Of a stretch of 58,110 nucleotides of DNA, positions 1-8,230 are shown piece by piece. Every line of letters begins with the position of its first letter. Position 1 is the stretch's first letter. The notes under the pieces are model-generated. The model did not search any database, was not told the DNA's origin, and was given only the letters and a program-made list of their open reading frames with translations. Source of the stretch: an uncultured bacterium (lineage in GTDB: Bacteria; Desulfobacterota; BSN033; UBA1163); assembly GCA_938045955.1 (NCBI GenBank), contig CALIBK010000096.1, positions 1-58,110 of the forward strand, read 5' to 3'. Position numbers and translations under genes: made by a program.

Positions 1-2066
1 TTTAACTTGTCAGCATCGTGCTTTGATTTTTCCAACTCTTCTGTAACCAATTGGGCGAACCTATGGATTGGAAATTGCGGTTTAACTAAAAGAATTCCAC
101 CCGATAATGTAATATTAGGATTTTGACAGGTATACTCTCTAAAGTCTTTATAAATTTCCAATGACAGCTCAATAATTTTATCCCAGGGGCCAATGATAAA
201 AAGATCATCTCCCCCAGAATAAACGATATAAAAAACACTACCTAAGTTTTCACAAATTTGATTTAACCATGCACCAAAAAAAATTTCTAAGTTACTACTT
301 AACGTTGCAATTCTTGATATAGAGGGATTATTAATCCCTAATGAAAATAATAGACCAAGATAATCTATATCCATTTTTAAAATGCCAAGGTATTTTGCAC
401 CTGTACTTCGATTGGCTATTCCTTCAAATTCAAGCACCTCCCCATCAATTCCTATGGGTACAGAATTTCCTAAAAATTTAAACCCAAATGACACTGGCTT
501 TTCATTTATATTTTCCTTTAAGAATTCAAGACCAAGATCTTGGCTAAATTTTGGATTAATTGAAAAAATACAAGAATTCAATTTCAATTTACCATTTAGA
601 ATTTTTTCCATTTCTTCTTCGTTTTGCAATAAAACTGTAACTCCAAAATCTTCAAAAGGTATTTCAGTTCCATGAAATTCTTCACATTTCCCATAAACGA
701 AAGAAATAAATTCCTTTTTTGGAAGATCGGAGCCAATTTTAAAATGAGTTTCGCAATGCTGGCATATTTGACCTTTAGATACTGGAACAATCAAACAAAC
801 ATTACATAGGTCGCTAACCTGTTCAGTTGAATGAAAGAAATCACCTTTTGTAATCATTTCGTTAAATTTTTTCATTTTAGATTCAGATAATTTATCTTCA
901 GCTTTTTTATAAATTTGATTAAACTCAAAGAAATCTTTGGGGGCTACTTCAACTACAACTAACTGGATACTAAGTTCCCCGTAAAATTCTTCTAATAGCC
1001 ATTCATCAAGAAATTGTTGAAGATTCTTCAATTTCTTTTTTGTAAAATCTGAATTTGGTATTAAAATATCGAATCTACCTCCACCACAAAAAAGTAAATT
1101 TGGTATAGGCAATTGCATCTCCCTTATAATCCAATCAGAAATCACATCTGTAAGAAGTGAGATGTAAAAAGATCTCCCCCTCAGTCTTTTTGAAGTCCCT
1201 TTTGTTTCGGCTTTTGGCTTAGTAATACTGTAAATAAATTTCTGAATGCCAGCTATGTCACCCCTTAAAAGTATGAATAAAGGTTTTTGAGCTGTCTGTG
1301 AAGATTCGAGAATAGACCTCCTTTTTTCTATATCCATTTCTTTATGGTGTTGCTTTAATGTTTCAATTAGATTAAGCATTTCGGTATTTGAAAAGTCATC
1401 TTCGCTTAATTTTTTTAGGCAAGCTGCTATAGCACAAGTTACTTTAGAATGGTCAAATAATGATATGTCTGGAATCGTCCTATTATATTGGTCTTCTTCC
1501 CAAGGGGTTGCTGAAGGTACAAAGGTGCCGAATTCCTTGAGTATGAAAAATAATGTCGTAAAATCATAAGGTTGATATTTTTTTAATAATCCAATCTTTT
1601 TGATAAATCCATTCCAAACTCTTTCATATCCTCTCTCTTCAACAAATGGTCTGTCTTTTGGAAATAAGACCTCTTTACTAATTTTTAAAGAGTCCAATCT
1701 ATAGAATTTTTCCTTCCCACAATCCTTCCTGAAATTTATTCTCGAAGTCACCGCTAAAAGAGCTGCTTCGTTTGATTTAAACTGCCCTCTTTCCTCTTTA
1801 ACTCTTTCCCCAGCCGCAAGTTTATCCGCTATGTGAATGATATATTCATTTCGAGTAGAAGGAATTTCATGATGTTTCTCTATAAGATTTGCAATATCTT
1901 TTGTTAAATCATCACCAAAATAATTTCTTAATGAGCTTATAAAATTTCCGGAGAAATCCGAGTGCTTAGTGTAATATTCCCCACCTTCTCTCTGTGAAAT
2001 CTTCCCAATATCATGAAGCAGTGCGGCTAAAATTACGGTTTGGAACTCTTTATCATCAAATCCCAT
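1..2066 (-). CDS. cas10: Type III CRISPR Cas10/Csm1 (3' end runs off window)
   Basis: Manual translation from ATG 2066: MGFDDKEFQTVILAALLHDIGK (HD domain), PDISLFDHSK, GDIAGIQKFIY, KRLRGRSF, CNVC..CQHC Zn finger, LKMDIDYLG, YSGGDDLFIIGPWD (GGDD at 204-215, same frame). GGAGG RBS upstream. Absent from the ORF track because there is no stop codon in the window. Confidence 0.97.
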   Translation of the reverse strand, partial: MGFDDKEFQTVILAALLHDIGKISQREGGEYYTKHSDFSGNFISSLRNYFGDDLTKDIANLIEKHHEIPSTRNEYIIHIADKLAAGERVKEERGQFKSNEAALLAVTSRINFRKDCGKEKFYRLDSLKISKEVLFPKDRPFVEERGYERVWNGFIKKIGLLKKYQPYDFTTLFFILKEFGTFVPSATPWEEDQYNRTIPDISLFDHSKVTCAIAACLKKLSEDDFSNTEMLNLIETLKQHHKEMDIEKRRSILESSQTAQKPLFILLRGDIAGIQKFIYSITKPKAETKGTSKRLRGRSFYISLLTDVISDWIIREMQLPIPNLLFCGGGRFDILIPNSDFTKKKLKNLQQFLDEWLLEEFYGELSIQLVVVEVAPKDFFEFNQIYKKAEDKLSESKMKKFNEMITKGDFFHSTEQVSDLCNVCLIVPVSKGQICQHCETHFKIGSDLPKKEFISFVYGKCEEFHGTEIPFEDFGVTVLLQNEEEMEKILNGKLKLNSCIFSINPKFSQDLGLEFLKENINEKPVSFGFKFLGNSVPIGIDGEVLEFEGIANRSTGAKYLGILKMDIDYLGLLFSLGINNPSISRIATLSSNLEIFFGAWLNQICENLGSVFYIVYSGGDDLFIIGPWDKIIELSLEIYKDFREYTCQNPNITLSGGILLVKPQFPIHRFAQLVTEELEKSKHDADKL

Positions 2067-2196
2067 TTTTACCCCTCCAAGATTAAAGATTTAAACGATA
2101 AAACCACAATGTAAAATTATTTTCATTAAAGATCATCTTTATTATTACGAGTAAGCAAATTTGGGATTAAAAATTCAATATTAAAAATCAAAAAGG

Positions 2197-3429
2197 TTAA
2201 GGCTCGGGTTCTTCAGAATCTATCAATGTTTTAAATTCCAAACTTTTTATCTCCGGAAGCGAAGCGCCAATAATACCCTGCATATCTCCATACATTCGTG
2301 TAATATTTTTAATCACTCTCTCAATCTGTTTCTCACGCTTTGCCCAGATTCTATTCATCACCGCCTTTTCACTTTCAAGATCGTTCTTCATGGATAAAAA
2401 AGCTGTAACAATTGCCTCAACTTTTTGCTTGAATTCAGGGCCATTTAAGTAACTATATAATGCCTCCATCTTTTCGTGCTTCCCCATCGCTGCCCTTTTC
2501 TCGTTTGCCAGTTGAATAAGATTCATCCTTAACGCTGTTGCCAGGCATGGTGCAAGGCTATATTCTGTTACCCAGACCCCATCAATCAGCTTGAAACTAT
2601 TCACTTCTTTTGGCATAGCTGTTGTCGCAATCACTGCGATTTCAGCCCTGGTTTCCCTCTGATCCTCTTTTAATTTATCAATCCACCCTTCATTCCAGTT
2701 TTTTGTTCTTTTTGCCTCCCAGATAATTGTCCCACAATATTGACCTAATTGATTATGAACCCTCTGAATAATATCAGCCCCTTTCTTCCCTTTCGAAACA
2801 GGCTCAATCTGATCCATTGGGAAATTGTCTTTAAGAAGATCTTCAAGTTCTATCTCTAAAACCTCGCCCTTTAAATGAATTGGACCCTGCTCAGCTTTTC
2901 TCTTCAGTTCTTCAATATCTCTTAAAAGATCATTAATTTTTTTATCTTTTTCGAGGTCTTTTAGTCTATATTCCTCAGCGATTCTACTTTGTGCCTCTTG
3001 CCTGATCTTTTCCCGTTCTTCGTCCAATCGACGGGTTATTTCGAGTTCAAATAATTTCTGCCTCTCCTCGAGATCCCTCCTCTCTTTCCGAAGATGAAGC
3101 TCCGTCTTGCGCATCTCTTCTAATTGTTCATTTTTATGTTTTAACTCTTCTTCAAGATCTTTCATCCTTAGGTTAAAGGAGTCTTCCAATTGCTTTCTCA
3201 TTTCAGCTTCAATCCTTGCCTTCTCCATTGCCAGTTTTTCAACAATTTCTTGTGAGATTGCTTTTTCTTTCTTTAAAAGGAACTCTTCCTTTTTTGCTAA
3301 CTCCTCTTGCCTCTTGGTTAGTTCCTTTTCAAACTCCTTCTGAATCTCCTCACGAATAGAATGGGTGATCGCTTCGGAAAGAGGAATTTCTCTACGGCAG
3401 TATGGACAAACAATGATTTGTTCTGGCAT
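2197..3429 (-). CDS. DUF2130 family protein (CPxC knuckle, long coiled coil, PD-(D/E)xK-like C-terminal domain)
   Basis: N-terminal CPYC and an E/K/R-rich coiled coil, then KGEVLE...KGADIIQRV...GTIIWEAKRTKNW..GWIDKLKEDQR, which I recognise as typical of DUF2130. Confidence 0.85.
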   Translation of the reverse strand: MPEQIIVCPYCRREIPLSEAITHSIREEIQKEFEKELTKRQEELAKKEEFLLKKEKAISQEIVEKLAMEKARIEAEMRKQLEDSFNLRMKDLEEELKHKNEQLEEMRKTELHLRKERRDLEERQKLFELEITRRLDEEREKIRQEAQSRIAEEYRLKDLEKDKKINDLLRDIEELKRKAEQGPIHLKGEVLEIELEDLLKDNFPMDQIEPVSKGKKGADIIQRVHNQLGQYCGTIIWEAKRTKNWNEGWIDKLKEDQRETRAEIAVIATTAMPKEVNSFKLIDGVWVTEYSLAPCLATALRMNLIQLANEKRAAMGKHEKMEALYSYLNGPEFKQKVEAIVTAFLSMKNDLESEKAVMNRIWAKREKQIERVIKNITRMYGDMQGIIGASLPEIKSLEFKTLIDSEEPEP

Positions 3430-3443
3430 CTTCGATAATCCTT

Positions 3444-3568
3444 AATTTAAAAGAATTTAAAATTCAAAATTTAATATTCAAAATTCAAGATTTAAAACAA
3501 ATTCAAGATTCAAAATCAAAAATACTTTACTCTTTCTTGTTGAATTTTGAATCTGGAATGTTGAATTG
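3444..3568. repeat. Degenerate heptamer (ATTCAAR-like) tandem arrays in inverted arrangement
   Basis: aaattcaaaatttaatattcaaaattcaagatttaaaacaaattcaagattcaaaatc at ~3459-3517 faces ttgaattttgaatctggaatgttgaattg at 3540-3568. Related units occur at 2171-2194, 4011-4038 and 5367-5390. Confidence 0.7.
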
Positions 3569-3994
3569 TTTCGTAAATTCATCGAATCTTTCCTTAAAAC
3601 TTTTATATTCCTTTTTAAACTTCTGGCCTTTAAGTCTTGAGCCTTTGAGATAATCAATCAAACCGCTTAACTGACCTGAGATGTCTTTACAAAGATAAAC
3701 TCCCTTATCAAATTCATCTTTAGTTATATAGTTTTGATCAAGGGCAACATAAAATTGTGATCTTGTCTCTCCTGCTGAACCCTTTGATATAAATAAGAAC
3801 TGAATGAATTCAGTATTTGAACCCCGTTCAAATCCTTCGGAAATGTTATACATAATCGAGGTTGAAGAACGTCTGATCTGGTCGATAAGTGTAAAGTCGC
3901 GGCAAAAATTTTCCTTTTTTGTTAAATCGTAAACATATTTAACAAGGTCTCTTGCCTTTTGCCAGACTGGAAGTTCTTCAAAGCTTTTTGGCAT
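3527..3994 (-). CDS. Four helix bundle protein (23S rRNA IVP / TIGR02436-like)
   Basis: SFEELPVWQKA...DQIRRSSTSIMYNISEGFER...F..FL.ISKGSAGE.RSQ..VA.D..Y signature. Start moved to ATG 3994 (AAGGAAGGAG RBS). Confidence 0.93.
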   Translation of the reverse strand: MPKSFEELPVWQKARDLVKYVYDLTKKENFCRDFTLIDQIRRSSTSIMYNISEGFERGSNTEFIQFLFISKGSAGETRSQFYVALDQNYITKDEFDKGVYLCKDISGQLSGLIDYLKGSRLKGQKFKKEYKSFKERFDEFTKQFNIPDSKFNKKE

Positions 3995-4028
3995 GAAATA
4001 CTCCTTCCTTAAATTCAAGATTCATAAT

Positions 4029-5189
4029 TTAAGATTCGATTGAAATCTTTTTCTTTTCGGTTCGAATCCCATAGCGTTTGCTTCCATGTTTACCAACAGG
4101 TGTAATAGTATAATAAGGATAAAGGGTTTCGTCTTCGATAAATTCTTTCAATGTATTATTGATTTTACTTATATTCTGCCTCAGCGTATCCTGATCGATA
4201 CCCCCTTTTTCGCCCCAGTGTTTTATAAACTCCTCCACCCGACCAGAAAAGGGACCATAGATTTTTTTATAGTCTTTCAACATTTCTTCCAGAGCCTTTC
4301 TTTTTGAAATCTCTCCTAAGGTTAGAAAACAATCTGTGCAATCGAAACAATAGATTCGATCAGGGAAAGAACATCCGTTTATCTTCTGCCTCAATAAATA
4401 GGTGTAGATAACCAGTTGAATTGGAACCATGTCTATGGATACCTCGCCCACCCGAACAATCCTTTCTCTTAAATCGACTCGGAGGAGGGGTTGAATTAAA
4501 GCCATATCAATCTCTTTTTGTCCCTCTGCCACAAGTTCTCGAAAGCTCTTTCCATTAAGGGGAACTTTTTCCCTTAGACGAATAAATGGGAGTTCTGCCA
4601 ATGAGATATGAACATCTCGAGTATGGATTTTTTTAATTAACTTTCCATTATGATTTCTTATCTCGATAAATCTATCCCTTTTGGGTTTATAGTAAAATTC
4701 GGGATGGGATTCCAATTCAGGAGGAACAAGGACATGATACAGTTTATCCCAGGGACGTCCAAAAAGCTGGAGTGCCGAACCCAGATAAAAGGACATAGTT
4801 TTACGGCCTCCTGCTAAAGAGCAATGGAGACGAGCCTTTGGATCAGAGGTCTTTTCTTTTATAAAATTTGCAATAAGATCACCTACTCTCTCATTATGAT
4901 CAGTTTTACGAATATCTTCGAGCCATTGCCCATTTTCTCCTTCGATTACATGAATTGACTTATTAGATAAAACGAATTCCGGGAGTCCAAATTCTTTAGA
5001 GAAAGCTGATAATCTTTCCTTTTTGATCAATTCTTCTTCAATCTTTTCCTTTCCTATGGAAGTTGTAATTATATGAATTTCTTCAGGAATAACAGGAGGT
5101 TTGAATTCTTGAGTAAGTGCATAGAGAGTTTCGGTAATAATTTGAGGCGTGGTCCCGATTACAAAAACCAGGATCTCTCTATATTTCAT
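4029..5189 (-). CDS. CRISPR-associated CARF protein, Cas_NE0113 family (putative ring nuclease) with C-terminal wHTH-like domain
   Basis: GTTPQIITETLYAL and HCSLAGGRKTMSFYLGSALQLFGRPWDKLYHVLV are NE0113 motifs. It lies between cas6 and cas10. ATG 5189 follows GGAGGGG. Confidence 0.9.
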   Translation of the reverse strand: MKYREILVFVIGTTPQIITETLYALTQEFKPPVIPEEIHIITTSIGKEKIEEELIKKERLSAFSKEFGLPEFVLSNKSIHVIEGENGQWLEDIRKTDHNERVGDLIANFIKEKTSDPKARLHCSLAGGRKTMSFYLGSALQLFGRPWDKLYHVLVPPELESHPEFYYKPKRDRFIEIRNHNGKLIKKIHTRDVHISLAELPFIRLREKVPLNGKSFRELVAEGQKEIDMALIQPLLRVDLRERIVRVGEVSIDMVPIQLVIYTYLLRQKINGCSFPDRIYCFDCTDCFLTLGEISKRKALEEMLKDYKKIYGPFSGRVEEFIKHWGEKGGIDQDTLRQNISKINNTLKEFIEDETLYPYYTITPVGKHGSKRYGIRTEKKKISIES

Positions 5190-5368
5190 TTTCCCCTCCA
5201 CAATCTATACGATAAATTATCCTCTGCTCCCTAATCGTTTTTTTCTTATTAATAAAAAATAGAAGGGCGAGATACAAAATAGAAAATATTTTAAAAACAT
5301 TTCGATTGATATATTCCTTATCGTTCGGTCATTTACTCCGCATTAACCTTCAATAAAAAATCCAAAAA

Positions 5369-6319
5369 TTAAGATTCCAAATTTAAGATTTTATATTTAC
5401 CAAGACCGAAACTCGTCCCTTTGCCAACATGAAGATATTCTCCAAGAAGGAGATAAGGGATAAAAGGCTTAAAATCACCTTCAAAGATTATTTCTCCAAT
5501 AAGACCTCCCATCTTCATCCTTGAAGATTGACGATTAGAATAACGCTCCCAGTCAAACCATTTGAGATCTGATTTTATGACTTTTACCTTTTTAGACTCT
5601 TCAATCAGACCCTTATAATCAATGTCCAGTTCCTCTTCACAATGAAAATAGGAAAGAAGGGAAATCCGCCTCAATAGATTTCGGAAAAGGATGTGAAATT
5701 CAAGATGAGGAGTTAATCTCTCACCATATTTCAATCGAACAGGAGTTAAAAATGTCAGATGTAGGGTCAATGGGGAAGAGGAGGGAATAAGATCACTTAT
5801 CTGGATCATTCTGAATTCGCTCTGTAGAATTTTATCCTGACCTGTATAAATGGTTTTCCCCTTTTCTTCGGGAAACGGGTGGGATACCCTAACCTCTTTC
5901 AGCAAATATCTTCCTTTCCCTTTCCCGATTCCTCTCCGGCCCAATTCATCAAAGGTGTAGATGAAGTAGGGCAGAAAATCGATACATTTCCCAATTAAAA
6001 TCAATTCAAAACAAAGAGGATCTCCGGGGTGATAATCCTTTTTCTCTTCCAGAGGAGGGGTGAGGACAAAGGGATGAGGGGCATAGGGATATTTCTTCAT
6101 CTTTGAAGAATCTGGAGGAAGAGGAGTCTCAAAAGTATAAGAATAGACACATTGATTCTTCAAAAGACAAGGTTGGCAATTCTTTTCCCTCTTGATGCAA
6201 ACAACTTTTTTAAAGGTATGGCCAAAGGCACCTCTGAGAGTTGACCCTTTATAGGAAGGAAGGTGAATCCGATCGATAGGATCGAGAAGAAAATAAAATT
6301 GAGCGAACCTGAAATGAAT
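5369..6319 (-). CDS. cas6: CRISPR pre-crRNA endoribonuclease Cas6 (RAMP); N-terminus extends 52 codons beyond the track ORF, probable ATT start
   Basis: C-terminal G-loop GEYLHVGKGTSFGLGKY. The in-frame upstream sequence reads IHFRFAQFYF..IHLPSYKGSTLRGAFGH..CIKREKNCQPCLLKNQC. GGAGG at 6333-6329 is 9 nt before ATT 6319. Confidence 0.93.
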   Translation of the reverse strand: MHFRFAQFYFLLDPIDRIHLPSYKGSTLRGAFGHTFKKVVCIKREKNCQPCLLKNQCVYSYTFETPLPPDSSKMKKYPYAPHPFVLTPPLEEKKDYHPGDPLCFELILIGKCIDFLPYFIYTFDELGRRGIGKGKGRYLLKEVRVSHPFPEEKGKTIYTGQDKILQSEFRMIQISDLIPSSSPLTLHLTFLTPVRLKYGERLTPHLEFHILFRNLLRRISLLSYFHCEEELDIDYKGLIEESKKVKVIKSDLKWFDWERYSNRQSSRMKMGGLIGEIIFEGDFKPFIPYLLLGEYLHVGKGTSFGLGKYKILNLES

Positions 6320-6377
6320 GGGGATTTTCCTCCAAAAAAGTTTTGTTTTTGAAACTGAGGTCCGCTAATTTGTTTTC

Positions 6378-6406
6378 ACCTTACCAAAAGATCTTAAAAA
6401 AATCAA
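6378..6406 (-). promoter_or_regulatory. Candidate sigma70 promoter for the cas operon
   Basis: TTGATT-17 nt-TAAGGT with a TGn extension, about 60 nt upstream of cas6. Confidence 0.4.
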
Positions 6407-6424
6407 TCAATTTTTTAATCAAAA

Positions 6425-6586
6425 CCTAAATTGAGCGATTTTTCGTCATTCATTGAATCAAATATACTGGATTCCTGCTTCCGCAGGAATGACAACTACC
6501 ACTCAATAAATGAAAACGTCATTCCCGTGAAAACGGGAATCCAGAAGGGTTATCTTTAAATAATACTAAGAATCGCTCAATTTAGG
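6425..6586. mobile_element. MITE copy 1 (16-bp TIR, 5-bp TSD CAAAA, internal REP-like doublet)
   Basis: CCTAAATTGAGCGATT...AATCGCTCAATTTAGG with CAAAA on both sides. A highly similar copy lies at 26310-26470. Confidence 0.9.
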
Positions 6587-6599
6587 CAAAAATAAGAAT

Positions 6600-7223
6600 C
6601 TATTTTTTCATGAATACCCATAAGCCTCCTTCCCTTATAATTTTGAAATTTACATTTATATTGCTTTCCCTGATTTTCTCGTAAATTTGATCCTCGTTTA
6701 TCTCCACTTTTCCGATTTCGAAATTCAATTTTCGTGACCTTTCTCCTATTCTCTTTATCACTTCGTCAGGGGTATATTTCCCAAACCCTCCTCCTACAAG
6801 GGCTATCCCTCCGGGTTTAAGAATTCTATCGATGGCTTTAAAATCCAACTTAAACAAAGAGGGAAAGAAGAGGGCTCCGCGAAAGATAGCAAGATCTATC
6901 TTTCGGTCATCGATCTCCTTTAAGGAAGAATCTGTTTCAATAATTTTTATCCTTTTTTCCAATCCTCTTTTACGAGACTCCTCGAGAAAAAAGTCTCCCA
7001 TCCCTTTTGGAAAGGTTGCGATGGTAAAGGAATCCCCAATTCCCTGTTCTATTAGAGTGAAGATGACCCCACAAAAGGGTCCAATTTCTAAGACATCCCC
7101 ATCCAATCGGGAATAGATCTCTTTGATCTGTTTTGTCAGGAAGGGATATACAGGATCCCAAAGGAGATCTATTTCTTGAATTAGATTTAAAGGGTTCGTA
7201 TTCTCTGAAATCCCACCCCTCAT
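6600..7223 (-). CDS. Class I SAM-dependent methyltransferase-like protein
   Basis: VLEIGPFCG (degenerate motif I), DLAIFRGALFF, RILKPGGIALVGGGFG. Confidence 0.7.
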   Translation of the reverse strand: MRGGISENTNPLNLIQEIDLLWDPVYPFLTKQIKEIYSRLDGDVLEIGPFCGVIFTLIEQGIGDSFTIATFPKGMGDFFLEESRKRGLEKRIKIIETDSSLKEIDDRKIDLAIFRGALFFPSLFKLDFKAIDRILKPGGIALVGGGFGKYTPDEVIKRIGERSRKLNFEIGKVEINEDQIYEKIRESNINVNFKIIREGGLWVFMKK

Positions 7224-7299
7224 TTGTTACCCTCCTCTAAATAATTAGTCCGCAACGGCAAAGATTTCTCTAATTGAAGGAAAGAGGCTTACCAGGAGT

Positions 7300-8208
7300 T
7301 TATGACCCTATAATACTCTGGATTGCCTGGTGGATATCGGAATATTGAAAAACAAAGCCATTCTCCAAGAGACGTTTGGGAATGACCCGTTGACCTTCAA
7401 GAATGACCGATCCAAATTCTCCCAGGACCCATCTTACCATAAACGCCGGGGCCGGGATAAATGAGGGACGATGAAGGGCCTTTCCAAGAGCCCTGGCAAG
7501 TTCTTTATTTCGCACGGGTTGAGGTGAAGAGACGTTGACGGGACCCGAAATCTCTGAATGTTTTAAAAGGAAAACAAAAGCCTCTGTCAGATCCTTAAGG
7601 TGAATCCAGGAAAACCACTGGTTTCCACTCCCGATCGGGCCTCCGATATATTTTTTAAAAAGAGGAATCATCTGACCGAGGGCTCCTCCTTTTTCTCCCA
7701 GAACAATCCCGAACCGGGTAATGACCACGCGTGCCCCTTTTTCTCGAGCCTTCAGGGCCTCGCCTTCCCATTCGGCCGCAATTCGGGCTAAAAAGTCATC
7801 TCCCGGAGGAGAGTCCTCCGTCAGCTCCTCATCGCCACAAAAACCGTAGTAGCCTACCGCAGAGGTACTGAAGAGGTGGAATGGTTTTTCCAGAGGAAAA
7901 GGAATTCCCTCAACAATATTTTGGGTGGTAAGGATTCGACTTTCCCTGATCGCCTTTTTGTGCTCCTCCGTCCATTTAGTGAAAATCGAGGCTCCAGCTA
8001 AATTGATTAATCCGTCGTGATTTTTGATCTCTCCCTGCCAGGCTCCCTTCCTGGTTGGATCCCCTTCGAGATAGGAAACTCCTTTTGGAGCTTCCCTTCC
8101 CCCTTTGAGCGACCGGGTTAGAATGGTGATTTCATGGCCATCCTGAACAAGGCGGGAGGTCAACTGTCTTCCCACAAATCCTGTTCCCCCGGTTATCAGA
8201 ATTTTCAT
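7300..8208 (-). CDS. NAD-dependent epimerase family protein (TIGR01777/YfcH-like)
   Basis: ITGGTGFVG, INLAGASI..KWT..HKKAIRESR, SAVGYYG, GSGNQWFSWIH. Confidence 0.93.
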   Translation of the reverse strand: MKILITGGTGFVGRQLTSRLVQDGHEITILTRSLKGGREAPKGVSYLEGDPTRKGAWQGEIKNHDGLINLAGASIFTKWTEEHKKAIRESRILTTQNIVEGIPFPLEKPFHLFSTSAVGYYGFCGDEELTEDSPPGDDFLARIAAEWEGEALKAREKGARVVITRFGIVLGEKGGALGQMIPLFKKYIGGPIGSGNQWFSWIHLKDLTEAFVFLLKHSEISGPVNVSSPQPVRNKELARALGKALHRPSFIPAPAFMVRWVLGEFGSVILEGQRVIPKRLLENGFVFQYSDIHQAIQSIIGS

Positions 8209-8230
8209 TGGACGAGCCTCAAAAACGATT

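Noticed and set aside
382-790. Track ORFs 382-675 (+) and 596-790 (-)
   Set aside because: They are antisense or out-of-frame shadows inside cas10.
3527-3994. Diversity-generating retroelement (Avd-like gene)
   Set aside because: No reverse transcriptase or TR/VR pair is visible in the window.
2067-6600. CRISPR array near the cas genes
   Set aside because: No regularly spaced 25-40-bp repeats with unique spacers are present. The repeats here are heptamer arrays and a MITE.
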